DNA of 64,000 nucleotides, taken from Thermococcus sp. JdFR-02. Lineage in GTDB: Archaea; Methanobacteriota_B; Thermococci; Thermococcales; Thermococcaceae. The position numbers and the translations under genes were made by a program. How positions within the stretch are numbered: the first letter of the stretch is position 1; the number at the start of each line of letters is the position of its first letter. This document shows positions 41,087-52,542 of the stretch, piece after piece. The stretch covers positions 256,001-320,000 of the forward strand of contig MTLP01000042.1 in assembly GCA_002009975.1 (NCBI GenBank). The letters run 5' to 3'. The notes beneath the pieces are model-generated. The model was not told where the DNA came from. It ran no database searches and saw only the letters and a program-made list of their open reading frames with translations.

Positions 41087-43753
41087 TCATGCGAAGAACA
41101 AAATTACAACATCCTTTACAACAGCAGTCTCAACTTCCTCTCCTTCGCTGAATACGGCTTTTCTTATGACGATATCCTCTTTGCTAAGCTCGACTTTTTG
41201 TCCCTCTATTTCAAACTCAACTTTGCCTTTTTCTTTAAGCTTTCTTGAGACTTCTTTAGCATTCTCTTTTAGATAAGCGGTTATCTTTGGAACTAGCTTA
41301 CCATATTTAGGTCCAACACTCTTAAAGTTTGGCTTAATCTCAGTGATTCTCTCCTCCAATGCTGGTTCTCCTTTGATTATCTCAAGCTTTTCGATATTCA
41401 TAGTTCCAGCAATGTCTTTTTCAATTTGCTTGAGCGTATCATAGCTATCTAAAGCATAAACTGCAACATGTTTAAGCTTTGCATTTAATGACAAGCCATG
41501 CGAATTCTTATAACGCCTCATTGCTCCTATTATCTCGCTTGCTAATTCTCCAATTTTTTCTGCTTCTTCATCAACCCTCTCTTCCTTGTATTCGGGCCAG
41601 CTTAAGAGATGAATGCTTTTGGCTTTTACTTTTTCCTTAAAGAGTCCTTGATACAGTTCTTCTGTGATGTGAGGAGCAATTGGAGCTAAAAGCAACAGTA
41701 CATTGTAGAGCAACTCATAAAGGGCTACTTTAGCTTTAAGTTTGCTTTCCTCGTCATTTCCATATAAGCGGTGCTTAATCATCTCAAGGTATTCATCAGC
41801 GACTTCATGCCATACGAACGTCATTAGCTCTCTTGTGAAGAGGTTGAAGCGATAGTTCTCCAATTCACTGGTTGCAAATTTGATCAAACGGTGAAGCCTT
41901 GAGAGAATCCACTTATCGAGAGGTTCAAGCTCAATGTTCTTGTGTTGCTCATAATCAAAACCTTTTATGTGCCTTTCAGCGAATCTAAAGATATTCCACA
42001 GCTTTTGTAAGAACCTATAGTTGTAATCAACTGTTTCCCACTTAAATGGATGGTCTTCTCCGGGTGGTGCTAAAGCTGTCCAAATCCTCAAAGCATCGGC
42101 ACCATATTTTGGAATAACTTCCTCTGGAGAGACTACATTTCCATAACTTTTACTCATCTTTCTTCCATCTGGTCCAGCAACCATTCCATTTATTAAGATA
42201 TCATGCCATGGCTTTTCTCCCGTTAAGATGTAAGTCCTAAAGATTGTATAGAATGCCCATGTTCTAATGATGTCAGTTCCTTGTGGTCTCAAGTTGTTGG
42301 GGAAGTTTATGCTAAACCACTTCTCATCTTTGCCCCATTTTGAAATTGCCAAAGGAGTTATTGATGAGTCAATCCAACAGTCTAAGACGTCTTTAACTCC
42401 CTCAATGTTAGTCGAACCACATTTTGGACATTTATCTACAGGCGGCTTATCAAATCTTGGATCTACAGGCAAATCTTCCTCTCTTGCTGGGATTATCTCA
42501 CCACAATCTTTACATACCCAGAATGGGAGTGGTGTTCCAAACACTCTTTGTCTACTTATAACCCAGTCCCAATCCATACTATCTGCCCAATCCTTGAGTC
42601 TTAGGAACATATCTTCAGGATACCACTTGATTTGCTTGGAAACTTCAACTACCTCTTGGGTGTAATCCTTAACTCTAATAAACCACTGCTTCTTAGGTAA
42701 AAGTTCAATTGGAGCCATACATGAGCTTCTCTCTGTATGCCTTAGTACTCTGTGATGAACTTTCTTCTTTTCATAAAGTAGCCCCATTTCTTCTAAGTCC
42801 TTTGCAATAGCCTCTTTAGCTTCTTGTGCTGTCATTCCCTTGTATTTTCCTGCTACCTCTGTCATTCTTCCCCTTTCATCAATTGCAATAATTACTGGCA
42901 AATTATAGCGCTTTTGCCATATGATATCCTGCTCATCACCATAGGTACAATTATAAACCGCGCCAGTTCCAAAGGATGGATCAACATCTTCATCTGCTAA
43001 AATTGGGACTTCCCTCTCAAATATTGGAAGCTTAACTTTTTTACCAACTAAATGCTTATATCTTTCATCTTCGGGATGAACAAACACCGCTACACAAGCT
43101 GGCATAAGCTCTGGTCTTGTCGTGGCAATTGGAACAAACCCCTCTTCATCTGCTAATGGGAGCTTTATGTAGTATAGATAGCCATCTTCTTCAACGTAGC
43201 CTACCTCAGCTTTTGCCAAAGAAGTCCTACATTTTGGACACCAGAATACTGGATGCTTGTCTTGATAAAGCATATCTTTCTTGTAAAACTCCAAGAGCGT
43301 TTTTTGAACCAACGCTTTATACTCATCATCCATTGTATGATACTCTAAATCCCAATCAGCTGAATAACCAATTCTAATAAATTGATTTCTCATTTTTTCA
43401 ATTGCTTCCCATGTCCACTCTATACACTTTTGCAAGAATAATTCAGGCTGATCTTTGCTTATTCCAAATTCCTTCTCTACTTTAAGCTCCGTTGGTAATC
43501 CATGATTGTCAAAACCCTGGGGAAACATTACATTAAATCCCCTCATTCTCCTGTATCTTGCAACGATATCAATCCATGTGTGGCTTAAAACGTGCCCTAA
43601 ATGCAGAGTTCCGGATGTAAATGGTGGCGGTGTGTCAATAGAATAGTTTGGTCTTCTTTCATCTGGTTCATACTTGTAAATCTTCTCATCGAGCCAGAAT
43701 TTTTGCCACTTTGGTTCAATTTCATTTGGATCATAATTCTTAGGTAGTGCCAT
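41087..43753 (-). CDS. valS: Valine--tRNA ligase
   Basis: DTPPP...HLGH (HIGH), ATTRPE, WVISRQR, KMSKS. Confidence 0.97.
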   Translation of the reverse strand: MALPKNYDPNEIEPKWQKFWLDEKIYKYEPDERRPNYSIDTPPPFTSGTLHLGHVLSHTWIDIVARYRRMRGFNVMFPQGFDNHGLPTELKVEKEFGISKDQPELFLQKCIEWTWEAIEKMRNQFIRIGYSADWDLEYHTMDDEYKALVQKTLLEFYKKDMLYQDKHPVFWCPKCRTSLAKAEVGYVEEDGYLYYIKLPLADEEGFVPIATTRPELMPACVAVFVHPEDERYKHLVGKKVKLPIFEREVPILADEDVDPSFGTGAVYNCTYGDEQDIIWQKRYNLPVIIAIDERGRMTEVAGKYKGMTAQEAKEAIAKDLEEMGLLYEKKKVHHRVLRHTERSSCMAPIELLPKKQWFIRVKDYTQEVVEVSKQIKWYPEDMFLRLKDWADSMDWDWVISRQRVFGTPLPFWVCKDCGEIIPAREEDLPVDPRFDKPPVDKCPKCGSTNIEGVKDVLDCWIDSSITPLAISKWGKDEKWFSINFPNNLRPQGTDIIRTWAFYTIFRTYILTGEKPWHDILINGMVAGPDGRKMSKSYGNVVSPEEVIPKYGADALRIWTALAPPGEDHPFKWETVDYNYRFLQKLWNIFRFAERHIKGFDYEQHKNIELEPLDKWILSRLHRLIKFATSELENYRFNLFTRELMTFVWHEVADEYLEMIKHRLYGNDEESKLKAKVALYELLYNVLLLLAPIAPHITEELYQGLFKEKVKAKSIHLLSWPEYKEERVDEEAEKIGELASEIIGAMRRYKNSHGLSLNAKLKHVAVYALDSYDTLKQIEKDIAGTMNIEKLEIIKGEPALEERITEIKPNFKSVGPKYGKLVPKITAYLKENAKEVSRKLKEKGKVEFEIEGQKVELSKEDIVIRKAVFSEGEEVETAVVKDVVILFFA

Positions 43754-43831
43754 GTTCTTACCTCCTATCCCGCTTGGCTTAATTTGAGAGCTTAAGCTAA
43801 AAGGTTTTTCGGTTTTATCATCAAGATAAAT

Positions 43832-44218
43832 TTAATAATTTAAAAACTCAAAAAGGCTTTTTAATCTTATCTTTTCTCTAAGAGCAGTATAAACATTGCT
43901 ATCATCGAAATTTAAGCTGTATTCAGCATTAATTTCATCTAAAATAGCCCTCATTATTTGAAATGCATACTTAGCTTTGCTACCTTCCATTTCAACGATT
44001 ATGAATGGCTTTTCTCTTTTTCCAATGATTAAGTCAAAATTAAACCTATCTCCTAAATAAACGTCTATAAAACTCAGCTTTTCTTGAGTTCTCATTTGCC
44101 TTACTAAGACATTAGGAAACCTTTCCTTTAGTTTTTCAATTACTGTTAGGGCTTTCTCATATTGCTCACCCTTCAACTCTGCCTTTAATCTTACACGCTC
44201 TATGATCATCGCCAACAC
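43832..44218 (-). CDS. Hypothetical protein, divergent from rgy
   Basis: 128-codon ORF with GAGGTG RBS and typical composition; no recognised motif. Confidence 0.65.
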   Translation of the reverse strand: MLAMIIERVRLKAELKGEQYEKALTVIEKLKERFPNVLVRQMRTQEKLSFIDVYLGDRFNFDLIIGKREKPFIIVEMEGSKAKYAFQIMRAILDEINAEYSLNFDDSNVYTALREKIRLKSLFEFLNY

Positions 44219-44285
44219 CTCTTGAGTTTAACAACTCTCAAAAAAGCCTTATAAACTTTATAGAGTTTAAATAAAACAATAGTAG

Positions 44286-47200
44286 GTGAGCAAAATGAAG
44301 GCAGTATATAGAGAAATGTGTCCTAACTGCGAAGAGAGAATCACTGATGAGCGCTTATATATGAAACATCCATGTGAGAATTGTCTCGATGTCAAAATTC
44401 GAGCTGAGACTTATTTTGATTTGCTTAAAGCTGTCAGAGAGGCTTTAAAAGTTAAAAGAACTCTAAAACATTGGGAGGAGTTGTATTCTGTTGAAAGAAA
44501 GCTTAAAGAAGTTGAAGAGCTCTTTGAAAAAGCAACTGGATTTAATTTTTGGAGTGCACAGAAGACTTGGGTACGGAGACTAATAAAAAACAAAAGCTTC
44601 TCAATAATTGCCCCGACTGGAATGGGCAAAAGTGTTTTTGGCAGCTTTATGTCACTTTATTATGCCAAAAGAAAAAAGAGGAGCTATATTGTTCTACCCA
44701 CAACGCCACTAGTCAAACAGACAATAAAGAGAATACAAACTTTTGCTGAAAAAGCGGGAATTGAAGTGAATTTAGCATACTATCATGGAGAGCTAAAGAA
44801 AAAAGAGAAGAAAGAGATGATGGAGAAGATACAGAGTGGAGATTTTGACATATTGATAACCTCCGCACAATTCCTCGCAAGGAATTTTGACATAATAAAG
44901 GATAAGAGATTTGATTTCATCTTTGTTGATGATGTCGATGCTTTTTTAAAAGCCTCCAAAAACATTGACCGCTCCCTCATATTGTTGGGATTCACTGAAG
45001 AAGTTATCCAAAAAGCTTGGGAAATTATACGCCTTAAAAAGCAGCTTGCAAGATTGCTAAACTCGAAAAAACGAGAAGAGCTTAATGAACTAAACAAACA
45101 AATTGAAGCCCTTAACAAGGAAATCCAAAAATATAAACGGGAAAATAAAATTGGAGCATTAATTGTAGCCTCTGCAACTGGAAGGGCAAGAGGAGATAGA
45201 ATTAAGCTATATAGAGAGCTTTTAGGTTTTGAAGTCGGAAGCGGAAGAAGTGCATTAAGGAATGTTGTCGATACTTATCTATTCCCACAAAAGAGCCCTG
45301 AAGAGCATGTTGAAGAACTTTTAACAAAGCTTGGAAAAGGCGGATTAATCTTTGTTTCAATTGATCAAGGGATTGAATATGCTGAAAAGCTAACTCAATA
45401 CCTACAAGAAAGAGGATTTAAAGTTGAATTGGTTTCTGCGAGAAGTAAAAAAGGTCTTGAGAAGTTCGAAAATGGTGAGATTGACTATTTAGTAGGTGTG
45501 GCAACATATTATGGGTCAATAGTCAGAGGTTTAGATTTGCCGCATTTAATTAGATTCGCTATATTTACAGGTGTTCCAAAGTTCAGGTTTAGTCTCGATT
45601 TAGAACAACCCACAATTTATAGAGTCCTCGGGCTAATGAGCGAGATTATGGAATTTTTAAGTGATGAGGATAGAAGAGAAGCCGAAAAACTGCATGCAAG
45701 ATTAAGGCGTTTGATACAAAACATTCCTCAATTTGAGTTATTGAAGATTGAAGAAGCTTTGGCTGAGGGATTACCCTTAGAAGGCTTCCACAACCATGTT
45801 TTAGAAGTGTTTAAGAGTGCAGTAGAGTTCCTTAGGACAGTTCTAAGGAAAGAAGAAGTTTTAAGAAAAATTGAGGAGGATCCATTCGTTAGTCTGAAGA
45901 AAGAGGGAGAGAAGTGGTACATTGAAATTCCAGACGTTAGAACATATATCCAAGCAAGTGGAAGAACTTCACGTTTATTTGCAGGTGGTATTACAAAAGG
46001 TTTAGCGGTTACGATTATTGACAACGTTAAAGTGTTTAACGGATTAAAGAGACAAATGAGATGGCGTTTCCAAGAATTTGAGATTAAGCCTTTAGAAGAA
46101 CTCAATTTAGAAGAGATTCTAAAAGAGATTGATGCAGATAGAGAGAAAGTAAGGCTCATTATAGAAGGAAAGATTAGCGAAAAAACAAGAGATTTAGTCA
46201 AATCTGCATTGATGATTGTTGAATCACCAAACAAAGCTAGAACTATAGCGAGCTTCTTTGGACACCCAAGTAAAAGAAGAATTGGAGATTTAGTTGCATA
46301 TGAAGTCAGCATTGGAGACAGAATGCTAACTATCTTAGCAAGCGGTGGACATATGTTTGACTTGGTGACAAACGAGGGCTATCACGGTGTAGAGCTTAGA
46401 GAAAATAATGGAAAGTTATTCTTCCTTCCAATTTATGACACCATAAAGCGCTGTAGAGAGTGCGGACATCAATTTGTTGATTGGGAAGAAAGAGGTATTT
46501 GTCCGAGATGCGGTTCAAGAAACGTTAGAGATGCCTTGGAAAATGTAATCGCAATGAGAGAAATTGCCCAAGAAGTTGATGAGATACTAATTGGAACTGA
46601 TCCCGATGTAGAGGGAGAGAAAATTGCATGGGACATCAGGAACGTTCTATCTCCCTATACACAAAATGTAAAGAGAATAGAGTTCCACGAAGTTACGAGA
46701 CCAGCTATCTTGAAGGCTTTAAAAGAAGCAAGGGATATCAATGAATATAGAGTGAATGCCCAATTAGTGAGAAGAATAGAGGATAGATGGATTGGTTTTG
46801 AACTCAGTCAAAAGCTCTGGGAAGTCTTTGAAAACAAGAACCTTTCTGCTGGAAGAGTTCAAACTCCAGTCTTGGGATGGGTAATTCAAAGGTATAAAGA
46901 ATTCAATGAAAGCGAGACTGAATTCTTGGCATTAATCCTAGAAAATGGCATAAATGTAGTGATGGAAGGTGTAAAAGGAGAAATTGAAGAAGTTACGGTT
47001 GAGGATGTTTTAATCGAAGAGAGAGAAATCAATCCATTACCGCCATATACAACAGATACCATGCTTCAAGATGCTTCCCGCTATTTAGGATTTTCAGCAT
47101 CACACACAATGCAGCTTGCACAAGATTTGTTTGAACTCTCTTTAACTACCTACCACAGAACAGATAGCGCTCATGTGAGTAATACGGGAATTGAAGTTGC

Positions 47201-47933
47201 TAAAGAATATATTACAGAGGAAATAGGCGAGGAATACTTTGCCCCAAGAAAATGGGGTGAAGAAGGTGCTCACGAATGTATAAGACCAACAAGACCAATT
47301 GATACTGGAAGGTTAATACAGTTAATAAGGGACGGAGTTATAACCCTAGCAAAGCCTTTAACGAGAGACCACTTCAGGCTTTACGATTTAATATTCAAAC
47401 GCTTCATGGCAAGTCAAATGAAAGCTGCGAAAGTAGTTTATGAGAAAGCAATAATTGATGCAAAAATTGGAAAAGCCGAAATTGAAGGATACATTGATGT
47501 TTTCTTTGAAGGATGGTCAAAATTAAAACCGCTCCCACTAAGGCAGCTACCTAAGCTTGAGAAGGGACAAACAATTAAAGTAACCGAGACCAGGAAATGG
47601 AAAGCACCAAAAGTAAGCTTATACACTCAAGGAGATCTAATTGCATTGATGAAAGAGAGAAAAATTGGAAGACCATCAACCTATGCTAAGATCGTCAAGA
47701 CCCTATTGGATAGGCATTATGTTATAGAGACCAGCAAAAGAAAACGCTTAGTGCCAACTGAATTAGGAACCAAGGTTTATCATTACTTGCTTAGCAAATA
47801 TAAGGAACTAGTTAGTGAAGAAAGGACAAGGCAGCTGGAAGAGCTTATGGACTTAGTTGAGGAAAGCAAGATTGATTACCAAGATGTGCTGAATGATATG
47901 TATGCAGAAATAAAACGTTACGTTTTGGGATAA
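44286..47933 (+). CDS. rgy: Reverse gyrase
   Basis: N-terminal zinc finger, [33 protein letters not shown], second zinc finger, [14 protein letters not shown]. No intein. Confidence 0.97.
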   Translation: MSKMKAVYREMCPNCEERITDERLYMKHPCENCLDVKIRAETYFDLLKAVREALKVKRTLKHWEELYSVERKLKEVEELFEKATGFNFWSAQKTWVRRLIKNKSFSIIAPTGMGKSVFGSFMSLYYAKRKKRSYIVLPTTPLVKQTIKRIQTFAEKAGIEVNLAYYHGELKKKEKKEMMEKIQSGDFDILITSAQFLARNFDIIKDKRFDFIFVDDVDAFLKASKNIDRSLILLGFTEEVIQKAWEIIRLKKQLARLLNSKKREELNELNKQIEALNKEIQKYKRENKIGALIVASATGRARGDRIKLYRELLGFEVGSGRSALRNVVDTYLFPQKSPEEHVEELLTKLGKGGLIFVSIDQGIEYAEKLTQYLQERGFKVELVSARSKKGLEKFENGEIDYLVGVATYYGSIVRGLDLPHLIRFAIFTGVPKFRFSLDLEQPTIYRVLGLMSEIMEFLSDEDRREAEKLHARLRRLIQNIPQFELLKIEEALAEGLPLEGFHNHVLEVFKSAVEFLRTVLRKEEVLRKIEEDPFVSLKKEGEKWYIEIPDVRTYIQASGRTSRLFAGGITKGLAVTIIDNVKVFNGLKRQMRWRFQEFEIKPLEELNLEEILKEIDADREKVRLIIEGKISEKTRDLVKSALMIVESPNKARTIASFFGHPSKRRIGDLVAYEVSIGDRMLTILASGGHMFDLVTNEGYHGVELRENNGKLFFLPIYDTIKRCRECGHQFVDWEERGICPRCGSRNVRDALENVIAMREIAQEVDEILIGTDPDVEGEKIAWDIRNVLSPYTQNVKRIEFHEVTRPAILKALKEARDINEYRVNAQLVRRIEDRWIGFELSQKLWEVFENKNLSAGRVQTPVLGWVIQRYKEFNESETEFLALILENGINVVMEGVKGEIEEVTVEDVLIEEREINPLPPYTTDTMLQDASRYLGFSASHTMQLAQDLFELSLTTYHRTDSAHVSNTGIEVAKEYITEEIGEEYFAPRKWGEEGAHECIRPTRPIDTGRLIQLIRDGVITLAKPLTRDHFRLYDLIFKRFMASQMKAAKVVYEKAIIDAKIGKAEIEGYIDVFFEGWSKLKPLPLRQLPKLEKGQTIKVTETRKWKAPKVSLYTQGDLIALMKERKIGRPSTYAKIVKTLLDRHYVIETSKRKRLVPTELGTKVYHYLLSKYKELVSEERTRQLEELMDLVEESKIDYQDVLNDMYAEIKRYVLG

Positions 47934-48192
47934 TTCCTTGAAAATTTCTCTTTTATTTTATTACTATCATCCTCGGTAATATGTTGTTTTTTTCAAACAA
48001 TTTTGTTCTGAAAACCAAAAACTTTAAATGGAATAGTAGTAAAAACTTTGTACGTGGATGCAACATTTATAAAATCACGTGAAGTTATGCTAAAATAAGA
48101 TACTAAAATAAGAAGCTAAACTAACATACCTTAGAAAAAAGTTATATAGGTTAAATCACAAATATTTAAACAAGAAAGCAATGGTGGTAAAA

Positions 48193-48987
48193 ATGGTAAA
48201 AGATAGAATGGTAGAACTTTTACAAGACCATTTTGAATTGAATTTATACGAAGCAAGGGCATATGTTGCCTTGGTTGCATTTGGAGTTCTTACTCCAGCT
48301 GAGTTGGCAAGTGTTTCTGAAGTCCCTGCCCCAAGAACCTATGATGTTTTAAGAAGTTTAGAAAAGAAAGGATTTGCAATTAGCCAACCTGGCAAAGTAA
48401 ACAAATACAGACCTGTTCATCCAAAGAACATCCTTGAGAAGTTTATTGAAGAGTGGCAAGAGAGAGTCAAGGAAGAACTTGAGCTTAAGAGAAAAGCCAA
48501 GAATGAGCTAATCGAATTAATGACACCCCTTATCGAAACAGAGATTCCAAAGTACGGTGTTGAAAGAGTCTGGGTTGTTAGGGGAATTAGAAACTCCACC
48601 TTAAAGACAAGAGAAATGCTTGAAGATGTCAAGAAGGAGATTCTCCTAGCAGATGATGGCTATATTGCAATAAACCTTGAAGAAGAAATTGCCCAAGCTG
48701 CCGAAAAGGGCGTTGGTGTTAAAATCGTTGTTACAAGACAAATCTTGCCAAGATTACAAGCCACAAAGATAATGGATCTCTACAAGAAAGGCAAAATTGA
48801 GCTTAAGATTGTTGAAAACATGGAACTACCAATGCTTATTTGCGATGAGGAAGTCTTCTTTGCCTTAGAAGACATGGCAGCAAGATACTTCAACTATGAG
48901 ACACAAGTCTGGATCAAGGACTTTAGAGTTGTTAACCTCTTTAAAGGAAAGTTCAATGAATATTGGGAAAAGGCAGAGAAAGCTTGA
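48193..48987 (+). CDS. trmBL2: TrmB-family chromatin protein TrmBL2
   Basis: MVKDRMVELLQDHFELNLYEARAYVALV...VPAPRTYDVLRSLEKKGF, a recognisable TrmBL2 N-terminus. Confidence 0.88.
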   Translation: MVKDRMVELLQDHFELNLYEARAYVALVAFGVLTPAELASVSEVPAPRTYDVLRSLEKKGFAISQPGKVNKYRPVHPKNILEKFIEEWQERVKEELELKRKAKNELIELMTPLIETEIPKYGVERVWVVRGIRNSTLKTREMLEDVKKEILLADDGYIAINLEEEIAQAAEKGVGVKIVVTRQILPRLQATKIMDLYKKGKIELKIVENMELPMLICDEEVFFALEDMAARYFNYETQVWIKDFRVVNLFKGKFNEYWEKAEKA

Positions 48988-49200
48988 TTACGCATATTTA
49001 AACTTCTCTTCTTCCTTACTTTTCTGTTTGATTCTCCAAAGAATTTTTCCTTCTCTCTCAAAGCTTTCAACTTTCCCCTGCTCTGTCAGTCTAAGCAAAA
49101 GCCTTCTTGTCTCAATTACAGAGCTTTTAACATGCTCAGCTATCTCATTAACTGTCATCTCTTTTCCTTCAAGTACCTCCAGTATCTTCAAATGCTTCAT
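48988..49200 (-). CDS. Small winged-helix protein
   Basis: ILEVL..EMTVNEIAE...ETRRLLLRL.EQGKV; GGAGGTGA RBS. Confidence 0.75.
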   Translation of the reverse strand: MKHLKILEVLEGKEMTVNEIAEHVKSSVIETRRLLLRLTEQGKVESFEREGKILWRIKQKSKEEEKFKYA

Positions 49201-49517
49201 TGTTTCACCTCCAACTTTTTATAACGCTCCAAAATTATAAGGATCTTCTCCATAACCTCAAGGTATTTTGAAAGCTCATCAACATTATTGGGCAAATTGC
49301 TTGCCAAGGTTTCAAATTTCTCAATGAGAACCTCCTCCACACTTTTGGTTTCAACTTTTTCCTGCTTTTTCCTATGCTCACAAATAGGGCAAAATACCTT
49401 TCCATTCTTTTCAAAGAGAGGGGAGCCACATTTGGAACAATGTTTATCAAGCATTTTCGCTCCTGAAAGCAGGAGAGGGGTTATAATGCTCTTGATCTCC
49501 TCTTCACTTACCCCCAT
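49197..49517 (-). CDS. UPF0148 / autoantigen-p27 family Zn-ribbon protein
   Basis: LLSGAKMLDKHCSKCGSPLF...FCPIC. Confidence 0.85.
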   Translation of the reverse strand: MGVSEEEIKSIITPLLLSGAKMLDKHCSKCGSPLFEKNGKVFCPICEHRKKQEKVETKSVEEVLIEKFETLASNLPNNVDELSKYLEVMEKILIILERYKKLEVKQ

Positions 49518-49519
49518 TT

Positions 49520-50260
49520 TTATCCACCACTTAAAAGTTGAAAGACATCTATTAATGCCCTTTTGCCTAAACGGCTCCTCTTAATCTTATCAGAAATTTC
49601 CGAAATGTCAAACGCTACTATCTTAAACTTTTTCTTAATCCCCTCCAAAATATCAAGAAGCTCTTCTAAGCTCAATTCTCCATGTTGAAAGCGGGCAATT
49701 TTATATTCTGGCTTTAGAACATCAAGATCAACTGTAAGATAAACCTCATTCCCAAGATACTTTTGAGCCTCTTCTAGGATTTCCTCAACGGAATGAGTTT
49801 TCAAACTTTTATAAGCCCTCCAAACACCTCTAACTTTCCTGCTTCTTGGTAGAGCTGGAAAAATCTTCACCCTCCTTGTCCAAAGCTGAGTCCCTTCAGT
49901 CGTTGGTATCATTACAACTGAACCTATTATTGATGCCCTCTTGAGTAAATTATTCTCCAGAGCAAAAGCCAACCAAGAGCCGTGATCAAGATAATCATGC
50001 ATTAAGTCGGTATGGGCATCTATACTTATAAGAAAGTTGGGCTTTAATTTCTGAATTATTCCGTAGGTTGCTAAATGCTCCCCAACTATATAGGCATTAT
50101 CAGAGGGGAGTCTTTCAGATAGGAGTTCAATGTTATTTGATTCAACTATTATATAATCATCAATTAACATGTTTTTCTTTAACAATTCTAATACGTACAA
50201 TACTCCATCTCTGTTAGGTTTTTCGCCAAATGGAATAAATGTAACCATCTCAACTCCCAA
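49520..50260 (-). CDS. Arginase/ureohydrolase-fold protein
   Basis: GEH, SIDAHTD, YLTVDLDVL, FDISE. Confidence 0.8.
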   Translation of the reverse strand: MGVEMVTFIPFGEKPNRDGVLYVLELLKKNMLIDDYIIVESNNIELLSERLPSDNAYIVGEHLATYGIIQKLKPNFLISIDAHTDLMHDYLDHGSWLAFALENNLLKRASIIGSVVMIPTTEGTQLWTRRVKIFPALPRSRKVRGVWRAYKSLKTHSVEEILEEAQKYLGNEVYLTVDLDVLKPEYKIARFQHGELSLEELLDILEGIKKKFKIVAFDISEISDKIKRSRLGKRALIDVFQLLSGG

Positions 50261-50505
50261 GAGTTAATCTTATTTTGGGTTTTTAAACTTATATGTAAGC
50301 CTCTGGATTTTGAGCTCTTTTCCTAATGTAAACACTTCACCCGTAGTCTTAACAATAATGTTAAGTACATCTTACTTCTTGAACTCCATAATTCTTTTTT
50401 GAGTATTCAAAGAAATCAGATCTCTGAAGTTTTCAACTTGTTATCCGGAAAATTATATAAGTCAGCAATTACAAAGAAATAATAAAATCTCAGTGGGGGG
50501 TATGA

Positions 50506-51201
50506 ATGAAAGAAAAGACAGTTATTGATAACATTTTCTCCTTATTTGATGAAATAGTAAAGGGAGACAGTATAGTATTTGAATATTCTTGTCCTGAGAG
50601 ATTACCTTTAGGAGTATTATTGTTGAGTATTTGGACAAAAAAGAAAGGATATCCTTTATTAATTAACGAAACTATAGATCTCCTTCACGTTTATAAGAAA
50701 AAATTAGAGCTCAATGGAATTGATACATGTTTTATAGATAATGCCCTTGTTATCAAAATTGGTGGAGTTATAGAGACTGGAAAAGTCATTGCAAGGGTTC
50801 CTATTGAGCCCGATGCGATTGTTCTTTTAAGAAAACACCTAAAGATATACCGCAGAGTGCTGGAAGAATACAAGTTTGTCATAAATGTGTGGCTAGATTT
50901 TCCCGAATTAATTTCCATGTGCTCTGGAAATACAGACTGTGAATATACCTTATTCAGCAATGTTGTGAGATATATTGGAGATAAACACAGAATATCATTC
51001 TACTTCATTCCTCCAAACCTAGATAGAAGTGCACAATTCCTAAAGAGAGTTGCAACAAAGATCCTGCGTTTAATTGAGATCAAAGAGGGAGAGTTTATGT
51101 TGGAGCTGGAAAATCCTGTGTATGGAACGAGTAAGCATGTCAAGTTTACTTCAGTCGATATCATGGAATATCTCGAGAAAGAAGGGTTTTTGAAAGAATG
51201 A
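50506..51201 (+). CDS. DUF257 (inactivated RecA/KaiC-fold) family protein
   Basis: GDSIVFEY, DLLHVYKKKLEL.GID, VIKIGG...G.VI, GDKHRISFYF. Confidence 0.7.
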   Translation: MKEKTVIDNIFSLFDEIVKGDSIVFEYSCPERLPLGVLLLSIWTKKKGYPLLINETIDLLHVYKKKLELNGIDTCFIDNALVIKIGGVIETGKVIARVPIEPDAIVLLRKHLKIYRRVLEEYKFVINVWLDFPELISMCSGNTDCEYTLFSNVVRYIGDKHRISFYFIPPNLDRSAQFLKRVATKILRLIEIKEGEFMLELENPVYGTSKHVKFTSVDIMEYLEKEGFLKE

Positions 51202-51312
51202 GCATTTATTTCCAATTTCAGATTTTATCATTTCTTTGTTGATAAGTTGATAGTTAAAGTTAAAAATGTACAGAGAGAGTGATTACTGAAAATCCTTCGG
51301 GAGGTACTCAAG

Positions 51313-52533
51313 ATGATTTTACAAGTCGCTTTAGATTTAACAGACATTGAAGAGGCTATTTCTATTGCTGAAAAAGCCGCTCGTGGTGGCGCTCATTGGC
51401 TCGAAGTAGGAACACCTTTAATTAAAAAAGAAGGCATGAGAGCAGTTGAGCTCATGAAGAGAAGATTCCCAGATAGAAAAATCGTTGCAGATCTAAAGAC
51501 TATGGACACTGGAGCTCTAGAAGTTGAAATGGCTGCAAGACATGGTGCAGATGTTGTGTCAATTCTCGGTGTTGCAGATGATAAAACAATAAAAGATGCA
51601 GTTGCAGTTGCAAAAAAATATGGAATCAAGATTATGGTGGATTTAATCGGTGTTAAGAATAAGGTAGAGAGAGCAAAGCAACTTGAAAAAATGGGAGTTC
51701 ACTATATTTTAGTTCACACTGGAATAGACGAACAAGCTCAAGGTAAAAATCCTCTTGAGGATTTAGAAAAAGTTGTTAAGGCTGTTAAAATTCCAGTTGC
51801 AGTTGCTGGGGGATTAAATTTAGAGACAATCCCTAAAGTAATTGATCTTGGAGCTACGATTATAATCGTCGGAGGAGCAATTACAAAATCAAAAAATCCT
51901 CAAGAGATTACAAGGAAGATTCTAGACTTATTCTGGGAGGAATATATGTTGACCATAAGAAAAGCTATGCATGACATAACAGACCATATAGATCACGTAG
52001 CTGATGCTTTAAGGCTCGATGAAGTTAGAGGAATGGTAGATGCCATGATTGGAGCAAATAAAGTATTCATCTATGGTGCTGGAAGGAGTGGATTGGTCGG
52101 TAAAGCCTTTGCTATGCGTTTAATGCACCTCGACTTTAATGTCTATGTAGTTGGCGAGACAATTACACCTGCCTTTGAACCTGGAGATTTGCTAATTGCA
52201 ATTAGTGGTAGTGGTGAAACAAGAACTATAGTAGATGCTGCTGAAATTGCAAGGAAGCAAGGGGGAAAAGTTGTTGCAATAACATCTTATAAAAATTCAA
52301 CCTTAGGAAAATTAGCTGATGTCGTTGTAGAGATACCTGGAAGGGCAAAAACAGATATTCCAACGGATTATATAGCAAGGCAGATGATAACACAATATAA
52401 GTGGACTGCTCCAATGGGGACGTTGTTTGAAGACTCAACAATGGTCTTTTTAGACGGTATAATAGCCCTATTGATGGCAACATTTCAGAAGACCGAAAAA
52501 GATATGAAGAGGAAGCATGCGACATTAGAATAG
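51313..52533 (+). CDS. hxlAB: Bifunctional 3-hexulose-6-phosphate synthase / 6-phospho-3-hexuloisomerase
   Basis: LQVALD, EVGTPLIK, ADLKTMDTG, HTGIDEQ; SIS domain GAGRSG, ISGSGET, PMGTLFE, KHATLE. Confidence 0.95.
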   Translation: MILQVALDLTDIEEAISIAEKAARGGAHWLEVGTPLIKKEGMRAVELMKRRFPDRKIVADLKTMDTGALEVEMAARHGADVVSILGVADDKTIKDAVAVAKKYGIKIMVDLIGVKNKVERAKQLEKMGVHYILVHTGIDEQAQGKNPLEDLEKVVKAVKIPVAVAGGLNLETIPKVIDLGATIIIVGGAITKSKNPQEITRKILDLFWEEYMLTIRKAMHDITDHIDHVADALRLDEVRGMVDAMIGANKVFIYGAGRSGLVGKAFAMRLMHLDFNVYVVGETITPAFEPGDLLIAISGSGETRTIVDAAEIARKQGGKVVAITSYKNSTLGKLADVVVEIPGRAKTDIPTDYIARQMITQYKWTAPMGTLFEDSTMVFLDGIIALLMATFQKTEKDMKRKHATLE

Positions 52534-52542
52534 GGGATTCGG

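Noticed and set aside
44286-47933. Inteins in reverse gyrase (also checked Lhr, ValS, TFB)
   Set aside because: Lengths are normal and I saw no intein splice-junction or LAGLIDADG motifs.
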